From NCBI GenBank assembly GCA_029953675.1, contig JAMWBK010000008.1:1674001-1738000 (forward strand): a stretch of 64,000 nt of DNA, written 5' to 3'. Origin of the DNA: Rhodosorus marinus CCMP1338. Its lineage: Eukaryota; Plantae; Rhodophyta. Positions 37,699 through 47,972 of the stretch are shown here, piece after piece. Position numbers and translations under genes: made by a program. The notes beneath the pieces are model-generated. The model was not told the DNA's origin. It was given only the letters and a program-made list of their open reading frames with translations, and searched no databases. The number at the start of each line of letters is the position of its first letter. The first letter of the stretch is position 1.

Positions 37699-39477
37699 TG
37701 ACACGTTCTCCATTAACGCGTATCGGTGATCCAAGACAAGTTTAAATTCTCTTTTTGTTTTTATCTTTTATCTATCTTGGATAGATAAAGGTCAAGGACC
37801 CTCCTCTAGCTCTAAGACGGAAGGTCGTAGCTTCCGTATTTATAGGCTTCCGGCTCATGTCCTGGGTTTGCTGGACTACTATTTTTAGATCTAGATTTAT
37901 CTATTATTAGCCTTGTTTTGGGCTACACTCCTGATGGCTGACTCGTTCGGTCAGGACGTAACAACTCCTCCCCACTGAAAGAAAGAACTATCCGGCGGAA
38001 GAAGAAGCTGCCTCGTGGAGGTTTGTATAATACCGGATTTGCTTCTTGGTATTCTGGTTCTGCGGTAGTTGATGGTAGGGTAACCATCTCAAATCGTCCG
38101 TTGTCTCGCCTTCAAAGTAAACGAAGTATTCATTCAGGTTCTTTTCATCTCGACGATGTCCCAAAACTGACTTCAACTCGCGCTGTGGTATGCCTCGTTG
38201 TAATGCAGGAACTACATGCGAGCCTTCAGGTTCCGATCCATTGAACTTCCGTAATAGCGACATGAAAAACATCATGTAGTTGAGAATCTCCCTGGAGCTC
38301 CAGCTTATATGCTACGTTACAAATTTTTCGTAGAATTTTAAACGGTCCGACATATCTGGGCCGAAAAAGTTTTGAATCTGGGAGTTGAAGATTCCGTGTT
38401 GACAAGAGCACATGTTCGCCTGGTTCAAAGTGGAGGTATCTTATGCCTCGATCATAGTAGAAGCGTTGGCGTTCTTGGGCATATCGTAGGTTGGCGCGGG
38501 CGAGGTCTCGTTGGTCCTTTTAGCGTTGTGGCAGGACCGTGGCGGCTTCAGGTATTGGTAGTGAACGGTCCCTGTCATCTGGTACTTTAAGGTCGGGAGG
38601 TAGTGTCGGGTTCTTTCCATATGTCAACTCGAAAGGAGAAAACTGCGTCGCTTCCGAGATCTGACGATTGTACACCAGCTCTGTAATCCACAGACAGACG
38701 GACAGACAGAGCGAATCAATCAGACGCTGGAGACGTACCTGAGGTGTAATTCATCTGCGACGAATTGGGCAGAAGGCCTACCGATTGCAGAGCTGGTGTA
38801 CAATCGTCAGATCTCGGAAGCGACGCAGTTTTCCTCTTTCGAGTTGACTTATGGAAAGAACCCGACACTACCTCCCGACCCTAAAGAACCAGATGACCGA
38901 GACCGTTCACTACCAATACCTGAAGCCGCCACGGTCCTGCTACAACGCCAAAAGGACCAACGAGACCTAGCCCGCGCCAACCTACGATATGCCCAAGAAC
39001 GCCAACGCTTCTACTATGATCGAAGCAAAAGATACCTCCGTGTGATGAGCAAGGCGTCGCGTCGCCCGTCGTAGGCTTTTCAGCTGCGGAGCCTGAATCT
39101 TGATGAGTGATGTCATCTTCTAGTTTTCAGAATTTTTTTTTTTTTTTTGGTTGTCAGGTTTCCAGGTTTTCAGGTTCTGGGCTCATTCATGTTCCTCAAT
39201 CGCAACTCATGCGAGGAGACCACTTGACACGTTCTCCATTAACGGGTATCGGTGATCCAAAATAATTAATAAATTCCTCTTTTTTTATCTTTTATCTATC
39301 TTGGATACCCTCCTCTAGCTCTAATCCTAAGACGGAAGGTCGTAGCTTCCGTATTTATAGGCTTCCGGTTCATGTCCTGGGTTTGCTAGACTACTAGTTT
39401 TAGATCTAGACTTATCTATTATTAGCCTTGTTTTGGGCTACACTCCTGATGCTGACTCGTTCGGTTAGGACGTAACA
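37699..39477 (-). mobile_element. Deleted Ty3/Gypsy (chromodomain) LTR retrotransposon, LTR family 2
   Basis: LTRs 37699-37963 and 39225-39477. PBS TGGTCTCCTCGC (39222-39211), PPT GGGGAGGAG, flanks CCCCA/CTCCA. Integrase C-terminus (RPRYVGPFKIL) and chromodomain (VLGHRR..EYFVYFEG...WLP). Confidence 0.9.
38432..39039. repeat. Fold-back inverted repeat, ~257-bp arms and ~94-nt spacer, Gypsy integrase-derived
   Basis: 38432-38688 is the reverse complement of 38783-39039. The spacer is plus-strand integrase core (QTDGQTERINQTLETYLRC). Confidence 0.92.
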
Positions 39478-40084
39478 CTCCACTTCTGGACTAGACAGGC
39501 TGGCGAGCGTTGGTTGAAGCAGGCGGTTTAAGGTGGCATGGACTTGGAGTAGAACGAGCATATTCCGAATGGAGTTTTCTCGTGTCCTCTGGTAGCGTGA
39601 GTACTTTGGGGATCGAATATAGGGTTGGTCGCGTTTCAGTGTCTTCTTGAGTTAACCCAGCGGCGGAGTTCAACCGCCCTTTATTCTCGAGGCGAGTTCT
39701 TTGTGCCGTTCATATTCCTTAGCCCCCGGGGGAGTTACCCTCGGAGCAAGGCGACTAGACTGGTTCTTCGAGTCACATGGCCAGTAGGTTCAGTAGTTTG
39801 GTAACCATGAGTTACTTCAAGTTATGTGTATTCTTGTGCCCGTAATGGGTTGTTTTTGACATCAAACCCAGAGTGTGCATGATCCCTCCGAAATCCTGAA
39901 TATGCGAGGTGCAACAAGTATAACTCAGTCTTATATGAGCCTTGAGGCTTGCTTTATTAGGAACATAGTATGCTAGTCAATAGATACGCCAGAGTTCTCA
40001 GGAGGATCTTCGAACCAATTTTAACATATCTCTCATGCTCGTGGAGGGGTCAATACTACTCAAGAACCCGGTCGTGTCTTCCTT

Positions 40085-40690
40085 TCATGATGGAGAGCTC
40101 TTCCGAAAGCAGATGATCAGAGTGATCTCCATCTCCGTACTGGCCGCCGGGGGTGATCCGAAGAGATGAGCGCCTGCTGAATTGCCAATGTGTTCCGTGT
40201 AATATTCTTCTTCATCTGCGAGTTCTGAGTCCGACAACGAGTGGGGAACCTCCTCTCCATCGGAAACGTTTGGATCATCCACGGCGCACAGCTCTTCCTC
40301 GATTCGACTTGACCCTTCGCGCTGCGGCTCTGACTTTTCCCTCTCCCACGCTTGGACGTCGGGGTCGGAAAGTGATCCTTCGTCGCCAAGCAAGTTTTTC
40401 AAACAGCTGAAAAATCCGCCGATCCCGATTGCGATTCGTCGGTTAATATGTGCGATAAAACAGTTTGATTGCTTCAACCTTTTTCAGCTTTGCAAGGTCG
40501 AGCCTCTTTCTGATTTGCGTCTTCGTGTTTTTCGCAGATGAAAACGGCTACGTGAGGGCTGTATCCGAGAACAAATCGAGCAACTTGGCTCAACTCTTTG
40601 CATCTCTGCGTTCCGCCAATACTCGAAGGGGTTTATTTCGCTGTTTTGCGAAAGGCCCAAAGCCGAACAGCGAAAAACCTCGAACCGAAA
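40085..40690 (-). pseudogene. Degenerate hAT transposase C-terminal dimerisation domain and acidic tail
   Basis: Across frameshifts: NPFEYWRN..ELSQVARFVLG..KTQIRKRLDLAKLKKVEAIKLFY, then an acidic stretch (SDSELADEEEYY). Lies inside H2. Confidence 0.6.
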
Positions 40691-40929
40691 AAGATGCATT
40701 GAAAAATATCGGATGCAATCGGTCGTTATCGGACCATTTATCGGACGAAGCGTATTTTCTCTTTTGCATTCAAGTCCGATAGACTCATATCGGACAGGTG
40801 GTCAACGGAATATATGGTCTATTATTACGAAATACAGATTCATTAAACTTTTCTCGGATCGTCCGATATTTATTGGACACAATCGGAAGGAGATGACAAC
40901 CCTTCTCAGCGAAGTCATTCACTCAAGCA

Positions 40930-41184
40930 ATGCTTTGACAGCCTGTCGAGATCAGAACTAATCATGATTCAATATCTGGGTCGGAGATGATTGATTAATA
41001 GACTAACGTTGATTGAATATCGGACGATTTATCTGACCTGGTTATTGAAGGCAATCGCACCTATTTTTAGAAGAATTTCAATTCATTACCGGGTTAAGTT
41101 TATACTTTTTACAATAGTCTATTCACGACGAAATTTTATCCGTCTGTCCGATAAACGTTGTCGGACGGCCCATGACAACAACTA
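40930..41184 (+). mobile_element. Lone hAT-like right end H4 (second empty target site)
   Basis: CAGCCTGTCGAGATCAGAAC-TAATCATGATTC, subterminal repeats, ending ATGACAACAACTA. Confidence 0.65.
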
Positions 41185-42517
41185 AAACTAAATGAGACAA
41201 GGAATGAACCATGGCTATGCCTATACCCGATATTAATTAGACTATGTTCAGGCTAAACTGAGGAGTTCGAGGTCGTAAACAATTGCCCTCACAAGCATCT
41301 ATCGGATATTCTTCTATATGAAATCGATTTTATCATTCGAATATATACAGTATAGCCTAGAAATATTTTTTTTCCTAGCATACACATATTTCAACAAATA
41401 ATATAGATTGTCCTTAATACTTTAAAAACGGTAATATTTTAAGGTTAATATCTTCATTAAATCGTTTTAACCGTGGAATGCGTATGCACACATCCAGGTT
41501 TTACGCATAGACGTTCTTTACTTTAGATAGTTTCTCCCTAAATATGGTGGATCTAGAAATAAGCGTAGCAATAATTGAAAATCATAATTAACAGTAGGCC
41601 GAGCTGCCCACTGCCAGACTACGCATCCTATTACATCCTAACAGCTAGGGAGTTTTCACAGTGCGAGGAGGGATTCCCTTTTTATACGCACATTCCGTCT
41701 TCGATTTAGATAGACTGGACATTTATTTAGAATATCTAGATTCGTACTCTAGATATAGGTGAAAGTTGTAGTTTTATTTGAACTAACTGGCAAACCCGCG
41801 GGCTTATCCCTACTCAGAATCCTAAGGTCGCCGAGGATTTTTTTTTAGGGTCCCGGCAAGTTAGGACCAAGTTAGACTCGTATATTCTTTGATTTAAAAA
41901 TACACTCATAAATATAAGCAAAATAGTAATAAAAATGTGCAGTAACTTCTAATTTTGCTCCCGGCAGAGCCCAGTTTTTCCTCCAAATAGAATTTGAGGG
42001 AATGAGGGCGAATGATTGATAAGAGCGGAAGGGTTTTCGGGGCTGATGGAAAAGCTAAGGCTTATGATCTTCGACGGTGTGGAGGATGGTGGGAGACACC
42101 TTTAATCTTTATGTGTTTGTCTTGTCTTTTGTCTCGGACCGAGTGAAAAGATCGATTGGTTTCTTACTCCCGGGGAATCAGGAGGACTTGGTCATAAGGG
42201 ACTGAGGTGAGAGTCCTGGACGAGGTCCGTTGGACGAGCGTGTCGGACAAGGCTGTTCTTCGGTGCGTGCCTCTTTGTTGTTTTTTTTTGGACCCTTCCT
42301 TCTAAGGGTTTGGAAGGGTAGCTTGGCGATAGAACAAGAATCTGGTTTGATCTGAATCGTCGGTCTTGAAGTGCGTCCTTTGAATGGGCATTGTTTTAGG
42401 TTCGTACTTGTAGATAGTCTTACTGTTGCGCGCGAGCGCGCGTGTGTGTGTCTGTGTTGGAGAGAGAGAGATAGGGAGAGATTCTTTTTGTTTGCTTCGC
42501 ATTGAGATCTGAAAGAG

Positions 42518-43865
42518 ATGATGAAATCGCAGAAGTTGGGTGGTTTTGGCCGCTTCAGAGCTCGAAGGGTTCAAGCCTGGACCGTGCTCGCCGCTTTTTT
42601 TGTCGGAGTACTTTTCGGTGGTCTGATAATAGAGCTGATATTCGTAGCGCAGCCCCCTGAAGGGAAGCCAACAACGGCCGTGGCTTCGTTTCGGGATGTG
42701 TTCGACAAAATATATATCATGAATATGGACCAGTAAGTTCACAGCGGCACTCCCAGCAGAGCATGTTCTTCTAGTGCGAATTCGAATTTCTGACCATAAA
42801 GCTCATCCTTTTTGTATTTGTGCGCGCCTCTCTCCGTGTCTCTGTCCGCAACCAGATGTGTGGAGAGGTGGGAGATGACAAAGCAGTACGCCAATGCGAT
42901 TGGAATCGACGTGCACAGATGGTCAGCATACCAAGCGAAGAAGGAGGAGATTATGAATCCCCCAGACGGAATCTCAACTCGAAACCTTCAACACGACTAT
43001 ATTGCGGCTGGTGCGCTTGGAAATTGCGTCTCACACCGCCGGATCTGGAAGGACGTCATAGACAAAGGATACCGACGCGTCCTAGTCTTGGAGGACGACG
43101 TTTTTCTCACGAATCAGACTTGGCTCATGCTTCCAGACCTTTTCAGACTTGTCGACGAAGCTCAGGAGGTAATAGACCCGACCCCCCCCCCCTACCCGTG
43201 TACTTTCCTGTTGTCTGGCGTGCCAAATACGTGAAGCTCGTGGTTAGTACAACCAAGGTCTGATTTCGTCATGATGCGTTTCTTCCTCGTCACTCCCAGA
43301 TCCACAAGAAAGCATGGCATTACATTTTCTTCAGGAGAAATGCAATCCGGAACGTGCGGGATGAGAAGGTATGGAGCATGAGCCCATCTGGACATCCGGT
43401 TACAATAGCAGGTCCGAGCTGGGGCACAGCAGCATACGCTGTGAGTCAAGCGGGAGCGCAATTTTTGCACAATGAGTATAGTGAGTTTAAATGGCCTGTT
43501 GACGTCCAGATGGCGGAGCTGGAAAAGCGCAATCGGGATTTCGTGTCGCTGAGCGCCTGTTACAATGACGAGTTTAAGAACATGTGTCCTGAGAACGTGA
43601 TTGAATATACGAAGGAAGAAAAAGGCAGATGCAACGGGAGTGGTACAGTTTGTTACCCGACGCTTTCAGAGCTTGAAATTGTTATCGAGGTTGTCCTTTG
43701 TCCGCTGAACGACGTGGAAACTATGTTTTTTTTGTGTTTTGTCCTCTGTTCCCGGACTTTGCGCTCACTGCAGGTACACAGCAGGGAGGCCGAATATCAA
43801 AGGAAGAACTGAACCGGAAATACAGGGAGATGGATGGAGTCGAAGGTGACCAAAGCGATGAATAA
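42518..43865 (+). CDS. GT25-family glycosyltransferase paralog; exons 42518-42732, 42856-43168, 43300-43642, 43774-43865
   Basis: TM helix, DKIYIMN, GALGNCVSHRRIW, VLVLEDD, WGTAAYAVS, PVDVQ. Three GT-AG introns at the same positions and phases as 11401-12784. Confidence 0.88.
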
Positions 43866-45062
43866 ACGATATTTGTGTAACAAAAGAGCGAGTGGGGCCC
43901 CTGATGAATGCGAAAAGACTAGCGTACGACTTCTAACACGGGTCCGGATATGACGGCTCAGATGATGAAGAAGGGCGCGTCTTGTGCGAGGGCCTTGTTC
44001 GCTTATAAACTGTGGATGTGGTGTTGGGAATTCCTCCCGGAGAGGACTTCAGTCCTAGAAGCTGTAGGGTTTTTCTAGTTTTTTTTGGTTGAGGCAATTT
44101 CCAGAATTTCACTGGTTGTTTGGAGTACTTTGTCTCGCCGTCGCAAGCGCCGTTGGCATTAGCCCGACCCGAACTCCGAATTTTTCTTGTTTAGTGTCAG
44201 GACGCGTAGCCGTGGGGCTTTTAAAACCGGAACATGCAGTGCCGGCATTGGCCCCGGGCGAAACCATTCAGTAGAGTACGTCAACCTCAGAGTTTTAGCA
44301 ACCTAAAAGGCCCCCACCGACCACCATTAGCACCACGCCCCAAGAGTGCAAATTTAGGAACCGGAAACCAACAAAAATTACGCGCGACTCGCACTCCAAA
44401 CTCAATTCTGTGTTCCTTCCAACAGGCAAAATGCCTCTGCGTGCCGATCAGATCTTTGACTGATCACGGCAAACCACCAAGGTTTTTCTTTTGGTTTACT
44501 GAAACGACATTTTCAGCGAATGTTTCAGAATTTTGGTTAAAATTCGGTTCCATTATGGTAGTCGAAGGTTTGCCACTTGGCCTCCACTTCTGGACGCGGA
44601 TGTGGAATTAGCGTAGTGGTTGGCTGCTACGGGTAGGAGGGAACGATGGGAGAAGTTTATACAGCTTGCTATCTCCACCTACTTACATCCAGTGCAATGA
44701 CTTAGCAGTTGTTCCAATGGAGAATAGTTCTACTTTGGGATTGGGTTGGAGGATTAGGAGACACAGCTCCGAAAACGTCGCACAGGGCCTAAAAATCTCA
44801 TCAGTTTTGTCCTAGAAAGCCATGTCCTCTTTCCCCGGGGGTTCAATTGTCATTAGTAACCCCAGACTAACGGATCATCGTCAATGCCTCCGGAAGACAA
44901 AGCCCCAAACAGGGGAGGCGGGGGTTCCTCCAAATGAACACAGTCAGTTATTCGGTCCGAATCCTCAATTCCATCATAGAATGCCTAGCGGGTTACCAAA
45001 TGCAAAATTCCATGGAAAACATGGACAATTATATAAAGTTATTTCAGCTCATTGAGAAAATT

Positions 45063-45990
45063 ACGTTATCACTTTAAATTATATTAATTCATAGCTGCGT
45101 CTATTTATTCCCAAAATAATAGGAGATATGCTCCAAATATTACTTTCAGACATTTTGCTGTTGCAATAAATGGTAGCAGATTATTCGATTTATGAAAGAA
45201 AAAGTTTCTCTTCGCGAAGTCTGGTGGTGTGTGTCAAGTCAGCCTTTTTCCTGAGGGGGTGGGAAGAAGCTCAGGCACATTGAAATACCTGGAAAAGAGC
45301 TGGACAGATTATTAGATCTTTTCGTCTAAGTAAAAGAAAAAGTTTCTCTTGACGAAGTCTCGCCGTGTGTCTAGTCAGCCTCTTTCCTGAGGGGGTGGGA
45401 AGAAGCTCAGGCACATCGAAATACCTGGAAAAGAGCTGGACAGACTATTGGATCTTTTCGTCCAAGTAACCCCCTCACGAAGAGTTGCTTGATAAGTCCA
45501 AAGAATTTTTTCCCAGCGCCTCCTTGACTTACTCCGTTGTCAGCCGGGCCGATAGTTGTCGTCCTATCCGGCTACAACAGTGCGCCAACACGTTATCACT
45601 TCAATTTATATTAATTCATAGCTGTGTCCATTAATTCCCGAAATAGTAGGAGAAATACTCCAAATATTACTTTCAGACATTTTGCTGTTGCGATAAATGG
45701 TACGCATATTATTCGATTTGTGAAAGAAAAAGTTTCTGATGACGAAGTCTCGTGGTTGTCTGTCTAGTCAGCCTTTTCCTGGGGAGGTGGGAAGAAGCTC
45801 ACGCACATCGAAATACTTGGAAAAGAGCTGGACAGATCGTTATCCCAGCAATGGGCTGTGAATACTAATCGCTATTGGATTTGTCGAAACAGCTCCTAGT
45901 TGATACACACTTATTCTAAATCATTTCAACGTGTTCACTGACTTCCTATTCAGTTCGTGTTTAGCTGCCTTTGACCTCAACTAAATAAAA
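45063..45990 (+). repeat. Locally duplicated AT-rich repeat, possibly Harbinger-derived
   Basis: 45063-45310 is repeated at 45592-45837, with a ~135-bp tandem unit at 45193-45470. Translation FAVAINGTHI resembles the Harbinger GAIDGTHI motif. Confidence 0.5.
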
Positions 45991-46520
45991 TTCGTTCAAC
46001 AAAGGACCTCTTAATCGAAAGAATGGCAATCGTTTCTGTTTGTTGACTGATCCGAGTTTCAATACCGTTGAAATTGGTTTGTCCTAGGTGCTGAAAAGCA
46101 AGAATTTTAACCAAAATCGGTTAAAGTTCTTGAGACGAGTGAGTTCTGAAGTGGACTGTATTGAAATTAACTCAAGATCTGCTGAAACAGAAGGCTTGTA
46201 CGCTGCAAGCTAGCTGTCCCTCACGCACACCCGTAAGTCCGGTTGTTTACTCCGCTAGCAAACCGATCTGTTTCAGAGGTTGGGTTTGGTTTCGTTTTGG
46301 TGGTGGTGGTGGTGAGGAAGTCGATAATATAAAGAAGCATTGATTGAATCAGCGCGGTTAACTGACATATCTTGTCTGTATGCTCTTCGTGGTTTGCTGT
46401 TGAAGGCTGTTTGTAGCGCCTACCGACGCGTTGGGAAGGGTCTTCTAGAGGAACCAAGGCAATCCATGGCTGCGGTGCTTCGAGTAGTGAAGAGTTGCCC
46501 ATCTAAGTGACTAGGTAACG

Positions 46521-47924
46521 ATGAAGAAGACTATGCTCAAGCTTAACGTTCTGCTCCTGGCAGGAACGCTTTCAATGATCTGCGCATTCACGGCCGAAAG
46601 CCTGCCTAGCCAGAGTCGGACTTCGGAACCAAGTGGGAAGAGCACTTGCCTGAGGGAAATTCTTCCGACTCAGTTCGTAAATTTCTTCCAGCGGGAGTGT
46701 TTCAGTCTGGTAAGCAGATCGGACAAGGTCAAGTATGCTCAGGTGTGCACAGGGACTCGTGTGAGACTCACACCGGATGCGGGGGAACCAAGTGTAAGGC
46801 TTAAGTTTAAGGCTAGAGGTGAAGGCGTTCGATTCAGGAAGGTTGCCGTCGGCGTCTACCAAAATTGCCACATAGTCCCAAACTCTTATGCTAAGTATTA
46901 CGTTAGAAAGCACATGAATAGCGAAGTGACAGTAATAGACATCCCCATAGACGATATCCCGGCGAGGAGCAACTGTTGTGACAGAAAGCTGTGCATGGTC
47001 GTTACGGCGGAAGTCTACGTAGAGCCGTCCGAACGAAAAGTCCAGCTTCGGGCGGGAGAAGAATGCTCATCCTACCCGTGGGGAGTTGGCAATGGTCGGG
47101 CATGTCGGTTCGGGATCAACTGTATCAACCGCATCGTCGGAACGCTAAACGATGATATTCTCTACGGGACCGACTATGTTGACTGGATATACGGCTACCT
47201 GGGAAATGACCTAATCAATGGGTATGGCGGCGACGATGTGATCCACGCGGATTATGGAGACGACGTCGTTCACGCCGGCAAAGGTAACGACAGAGTATAC
47301 CTTAGTGGTGGCACCGATTTTGCGCTCGGCGGCAAGGGAAACGATCTCATATTTGGCGGAGAGGGAGACGATTACATTCATGGACAGCGTGGGAACGACC
47401 GCGTCTACGCAGGTGAAGGGGACGACTTCATCCGCGGTGGTTTGGGAAAGAACGTTTTGGAGGGAGAGGAAGGTGGCGACGTTGTCGTCGGAGGCGTGTC
47501 TGCGGATGTTATCGTTGGCGGAGCAGGAGCAGATAGGCTCTACGGTGCCGCTGGGGGTGATATTATCTTGGGTGAGCTGGGCTCGGACTTGATTTACGGA
47601 GGCGCTGGAGCGGATGAAATACTCGGAGGGGAAGGTAATGACGAAATTTACGGCGGCCCGGGCAGCGATACCATTAGTGGTGGACCCGGGAACGATTCTC
47701 TTTTCGGTGGCGAAGGAGATGACGTCATCTTCGACAAAAAGGGTAACAGCTCCGTTTACGCATCGTACGGGGACGATACCATTACCACCGGGGATGGGAA
47801 CGACGACATCGACGCGGGACAAGGAGACGATGTGATTAATAGTGGACACGGGCTCGATAATGTCGATCCAGGACCAGGCAGAAATATTGTCAACGGAGAA
47901 GAAGTTGACATCCCTCCTTTCTGA
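46521..47924 (+). CDS. Secreted protein: signal peptide, Cys-rich domain, 28 contiguous RTX-type (GGxGxDxxx) nonapeptides
   Basis: Intronless 467-aa ORF; nonapeptides run in register from GTLNDDILY to PGPGRNIVN. Confidence 0.9.
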   Translation: MKKTMLKLNVLLLAGTLSMICAFTAESLPSQSRTSEPSGKSTCLREILPTQFVNFFQRECFSLVSRSDKVKYAQVCTGTRVRLTPDAGEPSVRLKFKARGEGVRFRKVAVGVYQNCHIVPNSYAKYYVRKHMNSEVTVIDIPIDDIPARSNCCDRKLCMVVTAEVYVEPSERKVQLRAGEECSSYPWGVGNGRACRFGINCINRIVGTLNDDILYGTDYVDWIYGYLGNDLINGYGGDDVIHADYGDDVVHAGKGNDRVYLSGGTDFALGGKGNDLIFGGEGDDYIHGQRGNDRVYAGEGDDFIRGGLGKNVLEGEEGGDVVVGGVSADVIVGGAGADRLYGAAGGDIILGELGSDLIYGGAGADEILGGEGNDEIYGGPGSDTISGGPGNDSLFGGEGDDVIFDKKGNSSVYASYGDDTITTGDGNDDIDAGQGDDVINSGHGLDNVDPGPGRNIVNGEEVDIPPF

Positions 47925-47972
47925 GGTGAGCAGCTCCAGTTGGAATAGGCTATTCTAGATGGTGGTTTTACT

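Larger units (their letters stand above)
37363..40904 (-). mobile_element. Non-autonomous hAT-like copy H2 (hosts Gypsy 37699-39477)
   Basis: TIRs TAGGGTTGTCAT (37363) and ATGACAACCCTT (40893-40904). 39490-39990 is the reverse complement of H1 48380-48990. Confidence 0.75.

Noticed and set aside
47211-47849. 212-aa antisense ORF
   Set aside because: Shadow of the Gly/Asp-rich RTX repeats on the opposite strand.
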